Part shown: positions 1 through 7,190 of the stretch, one piece after another
Layout of the letters: every line of letters starts with the position of its first letter
Position numbering within the stretch: position 1 is the first letter of the stretch
NCBI GenBank assembly: GCA_028689615.1
Contig: JAQVCV010000001.1
Coordinates: 133,697-197,696, forward strand
Length of the DNA: 64,000 nucleotides
Source of the DNA: Bacteroidales bacterium
Lineage (GTDB): Bacteria; Bacteroidota; Bacteroidia; Bacteroidales; TTA-H9
Direction of reading: 5' to 3'
Made by a program: the position numbers and the translations under genes
The notes under the pieces: model-generated
The model's input: only the letters and a program-made list of their open reading frames with translations
Databases searched by the model: none
What the model was told of the DNA's origin: nothing

Positions 1-1
1 T

Positions 2-334
2 TGGCAGGCCGCCTTTGCCGAACTGATTGTACCTTACATTCAACCGGGAGTGCTCCCGCACGAAATGGCCCACGCCCTCTCGAACCATGTAGCCAAAGGA
101 TTTGCCACCACCACTGGCGATCCCCTCCTGTTGGCCGTTTTTCGCAAACTCGACGGTTCGGCAAATTTTATCACAACCCTCGAAACCCTTCCCGACGGGG
201 CCGTTTTTGCCCTTCAGGGCCAATTGTTCCGCAAAGGGCAGAAACTAAGAACTTTTTATAAATGCTTATCGCTATCCAACCAACGCGAATACCGCGTGCG
301 AGCCACCGCCGAAGTTGAAAAAGTGAAGATGTGA
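2..334 (+). CDS. HExxH zinc metallopeptidase (M48-like), 3' part; gene enters from upstream of the window
   Basis: Frame open from base 2. Translation ...IQPGVLPHEMAHALSNHVAKG... contains HEMAH (HExxH). Stop TGA 332-334. Family beyond HExxH is by resemblance only. Confidence 0.5.
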   Translation, partial: WQAAFAELIVPYIQPGVLPHEMAHALSNHVAKGFATTTGDPLLLAVFRKLDGSANFITTLETLPDGAVFALQGQLFRKGQKLRTFYKCLSLSNQREYRVRATAEVEKVKM

Positions 335-338
335 GGCT

Positions 339-464
339 GGTTTCTGGTTTCTGGTTTCTTGTTTCTTGTTTCTTGTTTCTTGTTTCTTGTTTCTTGTTTC
401 TTGTTTCTTGTTTCTTGTTTCTTGTTTCTTGTTTCTTGTTTCTGGTTTCTGGTTTCTTGTTTCT
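339..464. repeat. Tandem heptamer array, 18 units (3x GGTTTCT, 12x TGTTTCT, 2x GGTTTCT, 1x TGTTTCT)
   Basis: Read directly. Starts 5 nt after the stop codon with junction GGCTGGTTTCT, the same junction as the array at 50891. Confidence 0.95.
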
Positions 465-496
465 GCGGTGACTGAGCGATTCCAATTTTGAGTTTG

Positions 497-527
497 TTTT
501 CTCCTATAAATCCGTGTTAAAACAGAC
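497..527 (+). repeat. 31-nt 5' fragment of the ~105-bp TTTCTCCTATAAATCC intergenic repeat family
   Basis: ttttctcctataaatccgtgttaaaacaga matches the first ~30 nt of the copies at 50972, 51078 and 51683, then diverges. Confidence 0.8.
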
Positions 528-539
528 GAAGAGCTACAA

Positions 540-1152
540 GAGAGCGCCCCTCTCCTCGCCCCTCGTCCCTCTAATCCCTCGTCCCTCTCGCCCCTCGTCC
601 CTCTCGCCCCTCGTCCCTCTCGCCCCTCGCCTCCCGATCACTATCCGGGACGTCCCTCTTCCCTCTCGTCCCTCGCCCCTCGCCCCTCGTCCCCTCTCCC
701 TTTCCCTCTCCTCTTGATCCGTTTCTCATTTCGTCCAGACAGAAAAAAATTCTACCCAGACAAAAAAAAATTCTATCTAGGCAAAAAAAAATTCTGTCTA
801 GACAAAATTTTTTTTTGCCTAGATCCATTGAAACGCGAACCTTGATTCGTTGAACCAAACGATGGCTTGCAGAGAAAAAAAGCCCTATCATCATCACCCC
901 ACTCCCCCATCCCGCTTCCGATGTCTATCGGAACTCGCCTCCTTCTCCCCCTCTCCCTCTCGTCCCTCGCCTCCCGATCACTATCCGGGACGCCTCTTCG
1001 CCTCTCGCCTCTCTCCCCTCTTCTCCCCTTCTCCCTCTCGTCTCTCGCCTCCCCTTCTCCCCCTCGCCCCTCGCCTCCCGATCACTATCCGGGACGCCTC
1101 TTCGCCTCTTCGCCTCTCTCCCCTCGCCCCTTCTCCCCCTCGCCCCTCGCCT
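540..1152. repeat. C/T-rich low-complexity tract with three copies of a hairpin core and an A/T-run palindrome
   Basis: CTCGCCCCTCGTCCCT-type arrays at 545-715 and 940-1150. Core CCTCGCCTCCCGATCACTATCCGGGACG at 625-652, 965-992 and 1069-1096. Perfect 16-nt arms TCTAGGCAAAAAAAAA / TTTTTTTTTGCCTAGA at 776-791 / 808-823. ORFs across it are only Pro/Ser/Leu low complexity. Confidence 0.9.
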
Positions 1153-2853
1153 CTAATCATGCTTAATCAGCAGGCTTCCCGGCGGTGGCGCCGGATGGCT
1201 GGTGAAGTGCATGGCGTCAGCAGCGGAGCAACCCTGGGCTGTGGTAACGGTTACGGAATAGGTTCCGGTTGACATCACCACCAGGGTGGAGCTGGTGGCT
1301 CCGGTGTTCCACTGGTAGGTGTAGCCTGCGCCGCTTCCGGCATCGAGCAACACCGATTCGCCCGCGCAACGGATCAGGTCGGGCCCCAGATCAACCTGGG
1401 GGCGCGGGTTTACGGTTAGCACATCGGTGCGGGTGCTGTCGCAGCCCGTAAGCAGACTGGGGCCGCCACTCAGCCAGGTACCGCTGGTTTTGCGCCATGC
1501 CCCGGCAAGCCAAAGGCTGTCGCCCTGGCACAGGGTGTGGGTGTAGAAGGTTGATGCATCGCGATGAACCACCAGGTTGAGAGGCGTTAAGGCCTGGCTC
1601 AGGGCATACCACCAGGTGTTGATGGTGTTGTCGTTGCCGGCAGCGTTAAGCCAGGTGTGGCATCCGTTGGTGGGCGAAACACACCCGTTGAGCTGCAAAC
1701 CTCCTCCGGTGAGCAGCGTATCAACCCAATACGTTTTAGGCGTAGGACCCGTGGGGCGCACCAGGTTGATCTTGATGCCCCCGCACTCTTCAGCATCGAA
1801 AAGGGGGAGGTTGGTCAGGCCGGCTGTTACCTGCCCCTCTACACGCACCGGGGTTCCGTTGGCAACCGGTTGCCCCAGGCCATTCAGCCCGTTCCACACG
1901 AAAGTGTTCAAACCCGGGCTGACCGAGCCTGCCAAACTCACATCCTCGGGCTGATACCCCGGCAAAGGATTCACATGCACCATCAGATCGGCCACTCCAT
2001 ACGAATTGACCCCTATCACCAGATTGATCTGTCCACTGCAACCTTGCGGAGTTCCCGTGAAACTGGTGACACCTCCCAGACTTCCATTCGGAAAAACCGA
2101 TGCATCGGGGTTGTTGAGAAACACTTTGTACTGCCCGTACTGAACACGCCCCGGTTGCGACAAACGGTCGTAGGTGAGGTTGCCGGTGTTGGTGCATCCG
2201 GTGGCATTGCTGCACACCCCAAATATGTAGGGGTAGAAGTTGTTGAAGCTGGCTTCAGTCACAATCATATCGTCGGAATAGATGTAAAACTTCCCTTTGA
2301 ATTTGCGTGTTTGGCTCATGGTGCTGAAAACCCAGTTTTTCGACCACAGCCTGCCGTTGATGGCCACGTTGGCAGCGGTGCTTACTGTTACATCGAAAAA
2401 ATGAACGTTGAGTTTTCCTGAGGCAGGCACCACAAACTCGAAGTAATAGTCGCCCGTGGTGAGGGGCTGGTGCATCAGGGCATTGTAGCCGCCGGTAGCA
2501 ATGGCCGAAGGTCCGGCACAAGCCTGGTTGTAATCGGCCAGGTAGCCTGGCGATCCCGGGCCGAGCGTTCCGGTCATCACGGCCACCCCCGACGGATCGA
2601 AAAGGGTGTAGGTGAGGCTCATGCTCCATTCCATCCCGAACCCAAACCAAATCTTTTCGGAGGTGCTGGCCACCCGCACGTTGAGACGACCCTCTTCGCC
2701 GGCACAGGCAGCAGCAAAAGCCGGATAAGGCCCAAAATTGCAATGGGGCCACAACTCGCATACATCAGTCGAGGCGGGCATCACTTGTTTGGTGCCTTCG
2801 GCGAAGGTCAGAATGGGAATCAGCAATACAGCAATGAACAAGAGGAGACGCAT
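1153..2853 (-). CDS. Secreted protein, unrecognised N-terminal region, C-terminal Ig-like module ending ...LIKHD
   Basis: 566-aa ORF with signal peptide MRLLLFIAVLLIPILTFA. The last ~85 aa (VDLGPDLIRCAGESVLLDAGSGAGYTYQWNTGATSS...) align with the C-terminus of the 26519-27901 protein. Confidence 0.8.
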   Translation of the reverse strand: MRLLLFIAVLLIPILTFAEGTKQVMPASTDVCELWPHCNFGPYPAFAAACAGEEGRLNVRVASTSEKIWFGFGMEWSMSLTYTLFDPSGVAVMTGTLGPGSPGYLADYNQACAGPSAIATGGYNALMHQPLTTGDYYFEFVVPASGKLNVHFFDVTVSTAANVAINGRLWSKNWVFSTMSQTRKFKGKFYIYSDDMIVTEASFNNFYPYIFGVCSNATGCTNTGNLTYDRLSQPGRVQYGQYKVFLNNPDASVFPNGSLGGVTSFTGTPQGCSGQINLVIGVNSYGVADLMVHVNPLPGYQPEDVSLAGSVSPGLNTFVWNGLNGLGQPVANGTPVRVEGQVTAGLTNLPLFDAEECGGIKINLVRPTGPTPKTYWVDTLLTGGGLQLNGCVSPTNGCHTWLNAAGNDNTINTWWYALSQALTPLNLVVHRDASTFYTHTLCQGDSLWLAGAWRKTSGTWLSGGPSLLTGCDSTRTDVLTVNPRPQVDLGPDLIRCAGESVLLDAGSGAGYTYQWNTGATSSTLVVMSTGTYSVTVTTAQGCSAADAMHFTSHPAPPPGSLLIKHD

Positions 2854-2945
2854 TGGGAGAGGGGAGTGGGGAGTGGGGAGTGGTTAGTGGATAGTGGGGA
2901 GTGAATAGTGGGGAGTGGGGAGTGGGGAGTGGTTAGTGGGGAGAA
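2854..2945. repeat. AGTGGNN heptamer array (AGTGGGG/AGTGGTT/AGTGGAT/AGTGAAT)
   Basis: Read directly. Fills the whole space between the start codon of 1153-2853 and the 3' end of the four-helix-bundle gene. Confidence 0.9.
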
Positions 2946-3301
2946 GGAAGGGATTTTAGAAGCCCGTGAATCATTTTGTTTATTTCTTCAGCTTGGCCAA
3001 GTAACAAATGGCTTTTTTCATCATCTAAAAAGCCTAATTGTTGCGCTAAAATAACCAAGGTTTCTAACTCTGCCAGCGAACCTCTTGAAATACCAAGAAA
3101 CTGCCTGAATTCACCAGTGGTATTCCTTGCTTGCCCTTCGGCGATATTCGCAGCCACGGAAACGGCTGCCCTTCGAATTTGCGAAACTAAGCCAAATAGC
3201 TCCTCTTTTGGAAAGGTTGAGGAAAACTTGTATGATTGCTTGGTCAATTCCATAGCTCTTTGCCAAACAATCAGTTCCCGGAAATTTCTTACTTTTTCCA
3301 T
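2933..3301 (-). CDS. Four-helix-bundle protein (23S rRNA intervening-sequence protein family)
   Basis: 122 aa. FRELIVWQRAMELTKQSYKFSSTFPKEELFGLVSQIRRAAVSVAANIAEGQAR...FLGISRGSLAELETL is the hallmark pattern of this family (from memory). Confidence 0.9.
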   Translation of the reverse strand: MEKVRNFRELIVWQRAMELTKQSYKFSSTFPKEELFGLVSQIRRAAVSVAANIAEGQARNTTGEFRQFLGISRGSLAELETLVILAQQLGFLDDEKSHLLLGQAEEINKMIHGLLKSLPSPH

Positions 3302-3302
3302 A

Positions 3303-3640
3303 TGTTTAAGTGGTTGGTGGATAGTGGATAGTGGGGAGTGGTTAGTGGACAGTGGGGAGTGGGGAGTGGTTAGTGGGGAGTGGTTAGTGGGGAGTGGACA
3401 GTGGGGAGTGGACAGTGGGGAGTGGTTAGTTCCGAAAGCCCCGATCGCTATCGAGGGAAGTGACTCGTCGGGAGGGAAGTGGACAGTAGCTCGCGTCAGC
3501 CACTACTCACTACTCACTACTCACTACTCACTACTCACTACTCACTACCCACTACTCACTACTCACTACTCACTACCCACTACCCACTACTCACTACTCA
3601 CTACTCACTACCCACTACCCACTACTCACTAACCACTATC
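3303..3640. repeat. Imperfect ~340-bp palindrome built from heptamer arrays around a unique centre
   Basis: AGTGGNN heptamers at 3303-3432. Unique centre with hairpin CCCCGATCGCTATCGAGGG at 3439-3457. CACTAC(T/C) heptamers at 3494-3640, whose reverse complement is AGTG(A/G)GT. Confidence 0.85.
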
Positions 3641-4077
3641 TTCCAAACCCTCCTTTCCCCCTTGCACTCCACCCTCAGCAGGTAGGTGCCGGAAGCCAGC
3701 GATTCAACATTGAGGGTGTTGGCGGCTGTGAGGTTCCCGAAGCTCAGCACCGGGCGGCCGCTAATGTCGCACAGGTGGGCGGTGGCGGTGGCATCGCCCA
3801 GGCGGGTGATGTCGAGGTGGAGGTTTTGCTTCACGGGGTTGGGATAGACCGTTACCTCGCTCAGCAACTCAACCTCATCGGTGGGTTTGAACTCAGGCAG
3901 CAAAAATTCTGCCGTGTCGCCGGCGGTTTGTTTCACCTCCTTCACCTCTATGAAGCGCTGGGTTCGGTTGCCCGAGGCGTCGTAGGTGAAGCGGACGGTT
4001 TGGTTTGCCTGCGAGAAAACGTTGCCGGCAAACAGAACAACTACAAATAATAAGGAAAAAATGGTTTTCATATGCAA
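3622..4077 (-). CDS. Small secreted protein: signal peptide + one YD repeat + T9SS type-A C-terminal sorting domain
   Basis: MKTIFSLLFVVVLFAGNVFSQ, then RFTYDASGNRTQRF. C-terminus VTVYPNPVKQNLHLDI...LCDISGRPVLSF...LASGTYLLRVECKGERRVWKIVV fits the Por_Secre_tail pattern. Confidence 0.85.
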   Translation of the reverse strand: MHMKTIFSLLFVVVLFAGNVFSQANQTVRFTYDASGNRTQRFIEVKEVKQTAGDTAEFLLPEFKPTDEVELLSEVTVYPNPVKQNLHLDITRLGDATATAHLCDISGRPVLSFGNLTAANTLNVESLASGTYLLRVECKGERRVWKIVVSE

Positions 4078-4085
4078 AAAATGGT

Positions 4086-4619
4086 TTATTCATCCTTCAT
4101 TAAAATATTAAAAGAACTGGGAACCTCTGTACATCGCCGAAAACAGAAGGTATCCTGAGTGGTTAGAACCTGATTGAAAATATTCTTTCTTGAGAAAAAA
4201 AGCAAAGTAGAATCATTCAAAACCTTTGCCCGAAGCTCCTCCGATTTGAACATTTGAAACTTATCGCGACCACCCCATACACGATTTACTATAAGAGTGT
4301 CATTTCTGAAGCAATAAATTCCCCAGAAATATGGTATAAAACGAGCACTATTGTTGACATTACAACTTTTTATTATGCTGTCTTTGCTAATGACATCATT
4401 GTAGAAATAACCATCCGGGAAATAGATTTGTCTTTCCAAATCATCATTACCGAATTCCTCCAAGTAAACCCCATTTATTATCCTATTGTATAAGCCGGAA
4501 TAATTCTTTTTTATAAGCAATATTGATTTATCATAGGGGAACCTTTCTGTTCTACATGAATATAATATCAGCAGCAACAATAAAGCTGCTTTAATGTGAT
4601 GTAGTCTTATATTTACCAT
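4086..4619 (-). CDS. Putative immunity lipoprotein for orphan toxin 2
   Basis: Start chosen at MVNIRLHHIKAALLLLLILYSC (lipobox Cys). Its ATG overlaps the toxin stop (ATGGTAA). AT-rich. Shares LND(S/T)TLL and other motifs with 6587-7189. Confidence 0.65.
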   Translation of the reverse strand: MVNIRLHHIKAALLLLLILYSCRTERFPYDKSILLIKKNYSGLYNRIINGVYLEEFGNDDLERQIYFPDGYFYNDVISKDSIIKSCNVNNSARFIPYFWGIYCFRNDTLIVNRVWGGRDKFQMFKSEELRAKVLNDSTLLFFSRKNIFNQVLTTQDTFCFRRCTEVPSSFNILMKDE

Positions 4620-6346
4620 AAGGTATATCTTTGCTGTGTGCCAAAATGTGAGTATGCTTTCCAATAATTATTAAGTTTCCTGAAAGCTGGTTGTGGACTA
4701 ATAATGCCATGTGCAAACTTGTTCTGAAAAACATGTCTTATATTTTCGGAATTTACACCAAAGGAAAAGCTCTTATAACCAAAAGTCAAAGCTCCTAACC
4801 TGAACCTTTCATCATCGACATTTCCACCACTATAGTAACCGTTGGGATACAATTCAGGCTTATCTGTTTTTATCTTACCAGTTTTATAGTCCCCAGTCAT
4901 AATATTTAATCGAATGTTGAAATCTTTATACGCCAGTTGAACAGCGGCCGTTCGATAAGCATCACCACCATCGTTTAAACCTCCACCATGATAATCGGTA
5001 AAGGGTGCGCCATCATTTTCGTATCGGGCAGAAAACTCACCAATTCTTAATTTGTAGCCAGCAACCTGCTGTGAAGGATATGTACCTTTACCAAATCTTG
5101 TTGAGTAAACTCCAAATCCAAAATCACCCTTTCCCATTTCCCAGCCACCACCAATACGTGAGCCACCTTTGGCCATCATGCCAACGTCTAATCCGATGAC
5201 ATTATAGAAACCATTAGCGTCCCTGTACGCATAGGTTGCGCCAACACTTGCACCTACATCGAAGCCTTGTGTTCCAAACATAAAAGCAGGCGAAAGAGAA
5301 AGAGAAAAATTTTCAGTTAACGGAATGTTTATTGGCGGAATAAGATTGCTGGCAACGGCATTAATTGCCATGTTTTGAAGATAGCCAGCAACTGCTTTGC
5401 TTGATGCCGCTGTCATTCCTTCGCCAGCGGTTGCTATACCACATGTATTGTAACCAACCCAGGCAGAGGCAGCAAATCCGGCGCCTTGGGCCAACGCTGG
5501 AGCACCCCAATTCCCTGAACTGATTCCGTGAGAAACATAGCCAAAAACAAAACCAACGCCGGCAACTACTAAATCATCTAAACCAAACCATTCCCCGCTC
5601 GGATCAGTATATCTCAAAGGATTATTCAAACAATAGCTGTACCGGTTCAAATTCTGGGGATTATCGGGAGCCTGTATGTAGGGGTCAGCAGAAAGAAATC
5701 TTCCTACCAACGGGTCATAGGCACGGCCGTTCATGTTGATGAGGGTGAACGGATAGAGGTGCTCATGGAACGTGAAACCGCGATCAATCAGGGGCGAGGG
5801 GATGGAGGCGAGGGACGTGTAGGGCTGCCAAGTGGCGGGGTCGCGCCTATTGCCCTCCCGAAGGCTCGGGATTGGTTCAACTAGGGGTTTTGTTTCGCTG
5901 TGCTCACAAAACCCAAGTTTCACGCAACACGCGTCGTAGCTCAGTTCCTGCACCACATTGCACTCGGCATCGGTGATGAGGTTGGGAGAACCCAAATGGT
6001 CGGTATAGATGTAGTACATCTTCCCTTCGTTGTTCTGGTCAATCACGTACATGGCAAACAGCGAGCCATCGCCACCGGTGAGGTAGTGGATCTTTTGGAT
6101 GGTGCCGGCTGCGGGTTTCGAGAGGTTTTCGAGGCCGTCGCCAACCGGGTTTCCGGCCAATGCCACTCCCAATCCTTGTTTTTCATGAGTGGGGTTGTTT
6201 AGTGCGGTAGTGGCCAGCCTTTCACTGGTGCGCCGCCGCCCGGTTTGTTGCTGAAAAGCCTGGGTTGTACCACGTCGCGATGACTTCCCCTGCACCCCTT
6301 GGGGATGGGATGAAGGGGAGGCTGATGGTGGTTTGTGGGCGATCAT
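4613..6346 (-). CDS. Orphan Rhs core-tip + C-terminal toxin cassette 2
   Basis: Contains the conserved block IQKIHYLTGGDGSLFAMYVIDQNN.GKMYYIYTDHLGSPNLITDAECNVVQEL...NPLRYTDPSGEW (5588-6145), then an unrelated Gly/Ser-rich tail. Lacks the long RHS body of the main gene. Confidence 0.8.
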   Translation of the reverse strand: MIAHKPPSASPSSHPQGVQGKSSRRGTTQAFQQQTGRRRTSERLATTALNNPTHEKQGLGVALAGNPVGDGLENLSKPAAGTIQKIHYLTGGDGSLFAMYVIDQNNEGKMYYIYTDHLGSPNLITDAECNVVQELSYDACCVKLGFCEHSETKPLVEPIPSLREGNRRDPATWQPYTSLASIPSPLIDRGFTFHEHLYPFTLINMNGRAYDPLVGRFLSADPYIQAPDNPQNLNRYSYCLNNPLRYTDPSGEWFGLDDLVVAGVGFVFGYVSHGISSGNWGAPALAQGAGFAASAWVGYNTCGIATAGEGMTAASSKAVAGYLQNMAINAVASNLIPPINIPLTENFSLSLSPAFMFGTQGFDVGASVGATYAYRDANGFYNVIGLDVGMMAKGGSRIGGGWEMGKGDFGFGVYSTRFGKGTYPSQQVAGYKLRIGEFSARYENDGAPFTDYHGGGLNDGGDAYRTAAVQLAYKDFNIRLNIMTGDYKTGKIKTDKPELYPNGYYSGGNVDDERFRLGALTFGYKSFSFGVNSENIRHVFQNKFAHGIISPQPAFRKLNNYWKAYSHFGTQQRYTLW

Positions 6347-6392
6347 GAGGTTGGGGTTAGAGCGACAAAGTTAGAAAAGATTTGTAAAACTT

Positions 6393-6566
6393 AGAAGGAT
6401 TTGATAGTTTCATTAAGGAAAGGGAGAGCTGCCCTCACCTCCTTCACTTCTATATAGCGCTGGGTTCGATTACCCGAGGCATCGTAGTCGAAATAGACGG
6501 TTTGGGAGAAATCGCATAAAGAAATAGTTATTATAATTAAAAATAATGAAACTACAGACTTCATAT
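6393..6566 (-). CDS. 57-aa leader ORF: signal peptide + single YD repeat (copy of the 5' end of 3622-4077)
   Basis: Hand translation: MKSVVSLFLIIITISLCDFSQTVYFDYDASGNRTQRYIEVKEVRAALPFLNETIKSF*. Below the 60-aa cutoff of the ORF track. Whether it is expressed is unknown. Confidence 0.5.
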
Positions 6567-6586
6567 GATAATAGTTTAAGAATTAA

Positions 6587-7189
6587 TCAATCTTTTCGTT
6601 TTCTGCTTTCATGAACACCTCTCTGGTACCAGCGTTTGTTTATATACCAGATTTTTGTACTGTCAGGTTTTAATTTGGTTTTATAAAATCTAAAAACGTT
6701 CGGCTCATTCTTTTCAAATTCAATATCATAGTGTGTGTTCTTGTTGGAAGTAATTAGTAACGTTGTGTCATTTAACAAAACCCCTTTGCTAATAAAAAAC
6801 TGACGAACAATAAACTCAGAATAGTTCAATCCAAAACCTTCAGAATAAAATGTGTCATTTTTTATATAATAATCTCCCCAGATTTCATCAGCATCATATT
6901 TGTACCATTTCAAAATCGTTTTCATACAACTATCCGGATCAGACCAAAACTCTGAACCTCTTGGTAAAGCAGAACCAATAGTCCGTTTCTTCCCATCTGC
7001 ATAAAAAGCTATTCCTCCGGATTTATTTACTGAAACATAAATTCCATCATATCTTAATTTGAATCTATTATCACTCTTATAAACTGGTTGTTTAAATACC
7101 GAAAAGTCTTTCCTAATTGTGATAGGTATAAAACAAGAACTAAGAGTAATCAACATCAAAAGGCCAACAGATACGTTAATTTTCTTCAT
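6587..7189 (-). CDS. Putative immunity lipoprotein for orphan toxin 1
   Basis: Start chosen at MKKINVSVGLLMLITLSSC (lipobox), 1 nt after the toxin stop at 7191-7193. AT-rich. Paralogous to 4086-4619. Confidence 0.65.
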   Translation of the reverse strand: MKKINVSVGLLMLITLSSCFIPITIRKDFSVFKQPVYKSDNRFKLRYDGIYVSVNKSGGIAFYADGKKRTIGSALPRGSEFWSDPDSCMKTILKWYKYDADEIWGDYYIKNDTFYSEGFGLNYSEFIVRQFFISKGVLLNDTTLLITSNKNTHYDIEFEKNEPNVFRFYKTKLKPDSTKIWYINKRWYQRGVHESRKRKD

Positions 7190-7190
7190 T

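Noticed and set aside
514-1272. Pro/Ser/Leu-rich ORFs (67-140 aa, both strands) across the C/T-rich arrays
   Set aside because: They are pure low-complexity translations of simple-sequence DNA. They overlap each other in several frames and have no signal or domain features.
2976-3685. 218-aa and 68-aa plus-strand ORFs
   Set aside because: The first is antisense to the well-supported four-helix-bundle gene and then runs through the heptamer arrays (WLVDSGE / HYSLLTT repeats). Both are artefacts of stop-free repeats.
6346-6566. Leader ORF and orphan Rhs ORF as one gene joined by a frameshift or readthrough
   Set aside because: Leader and orphan are in different frames in both cassettes (start coordinates 6566 vs 6346 and 8992 vs 8798 differ modulo 3). 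They are separated by about 45 nt with stops. No slippery sequence was seen.
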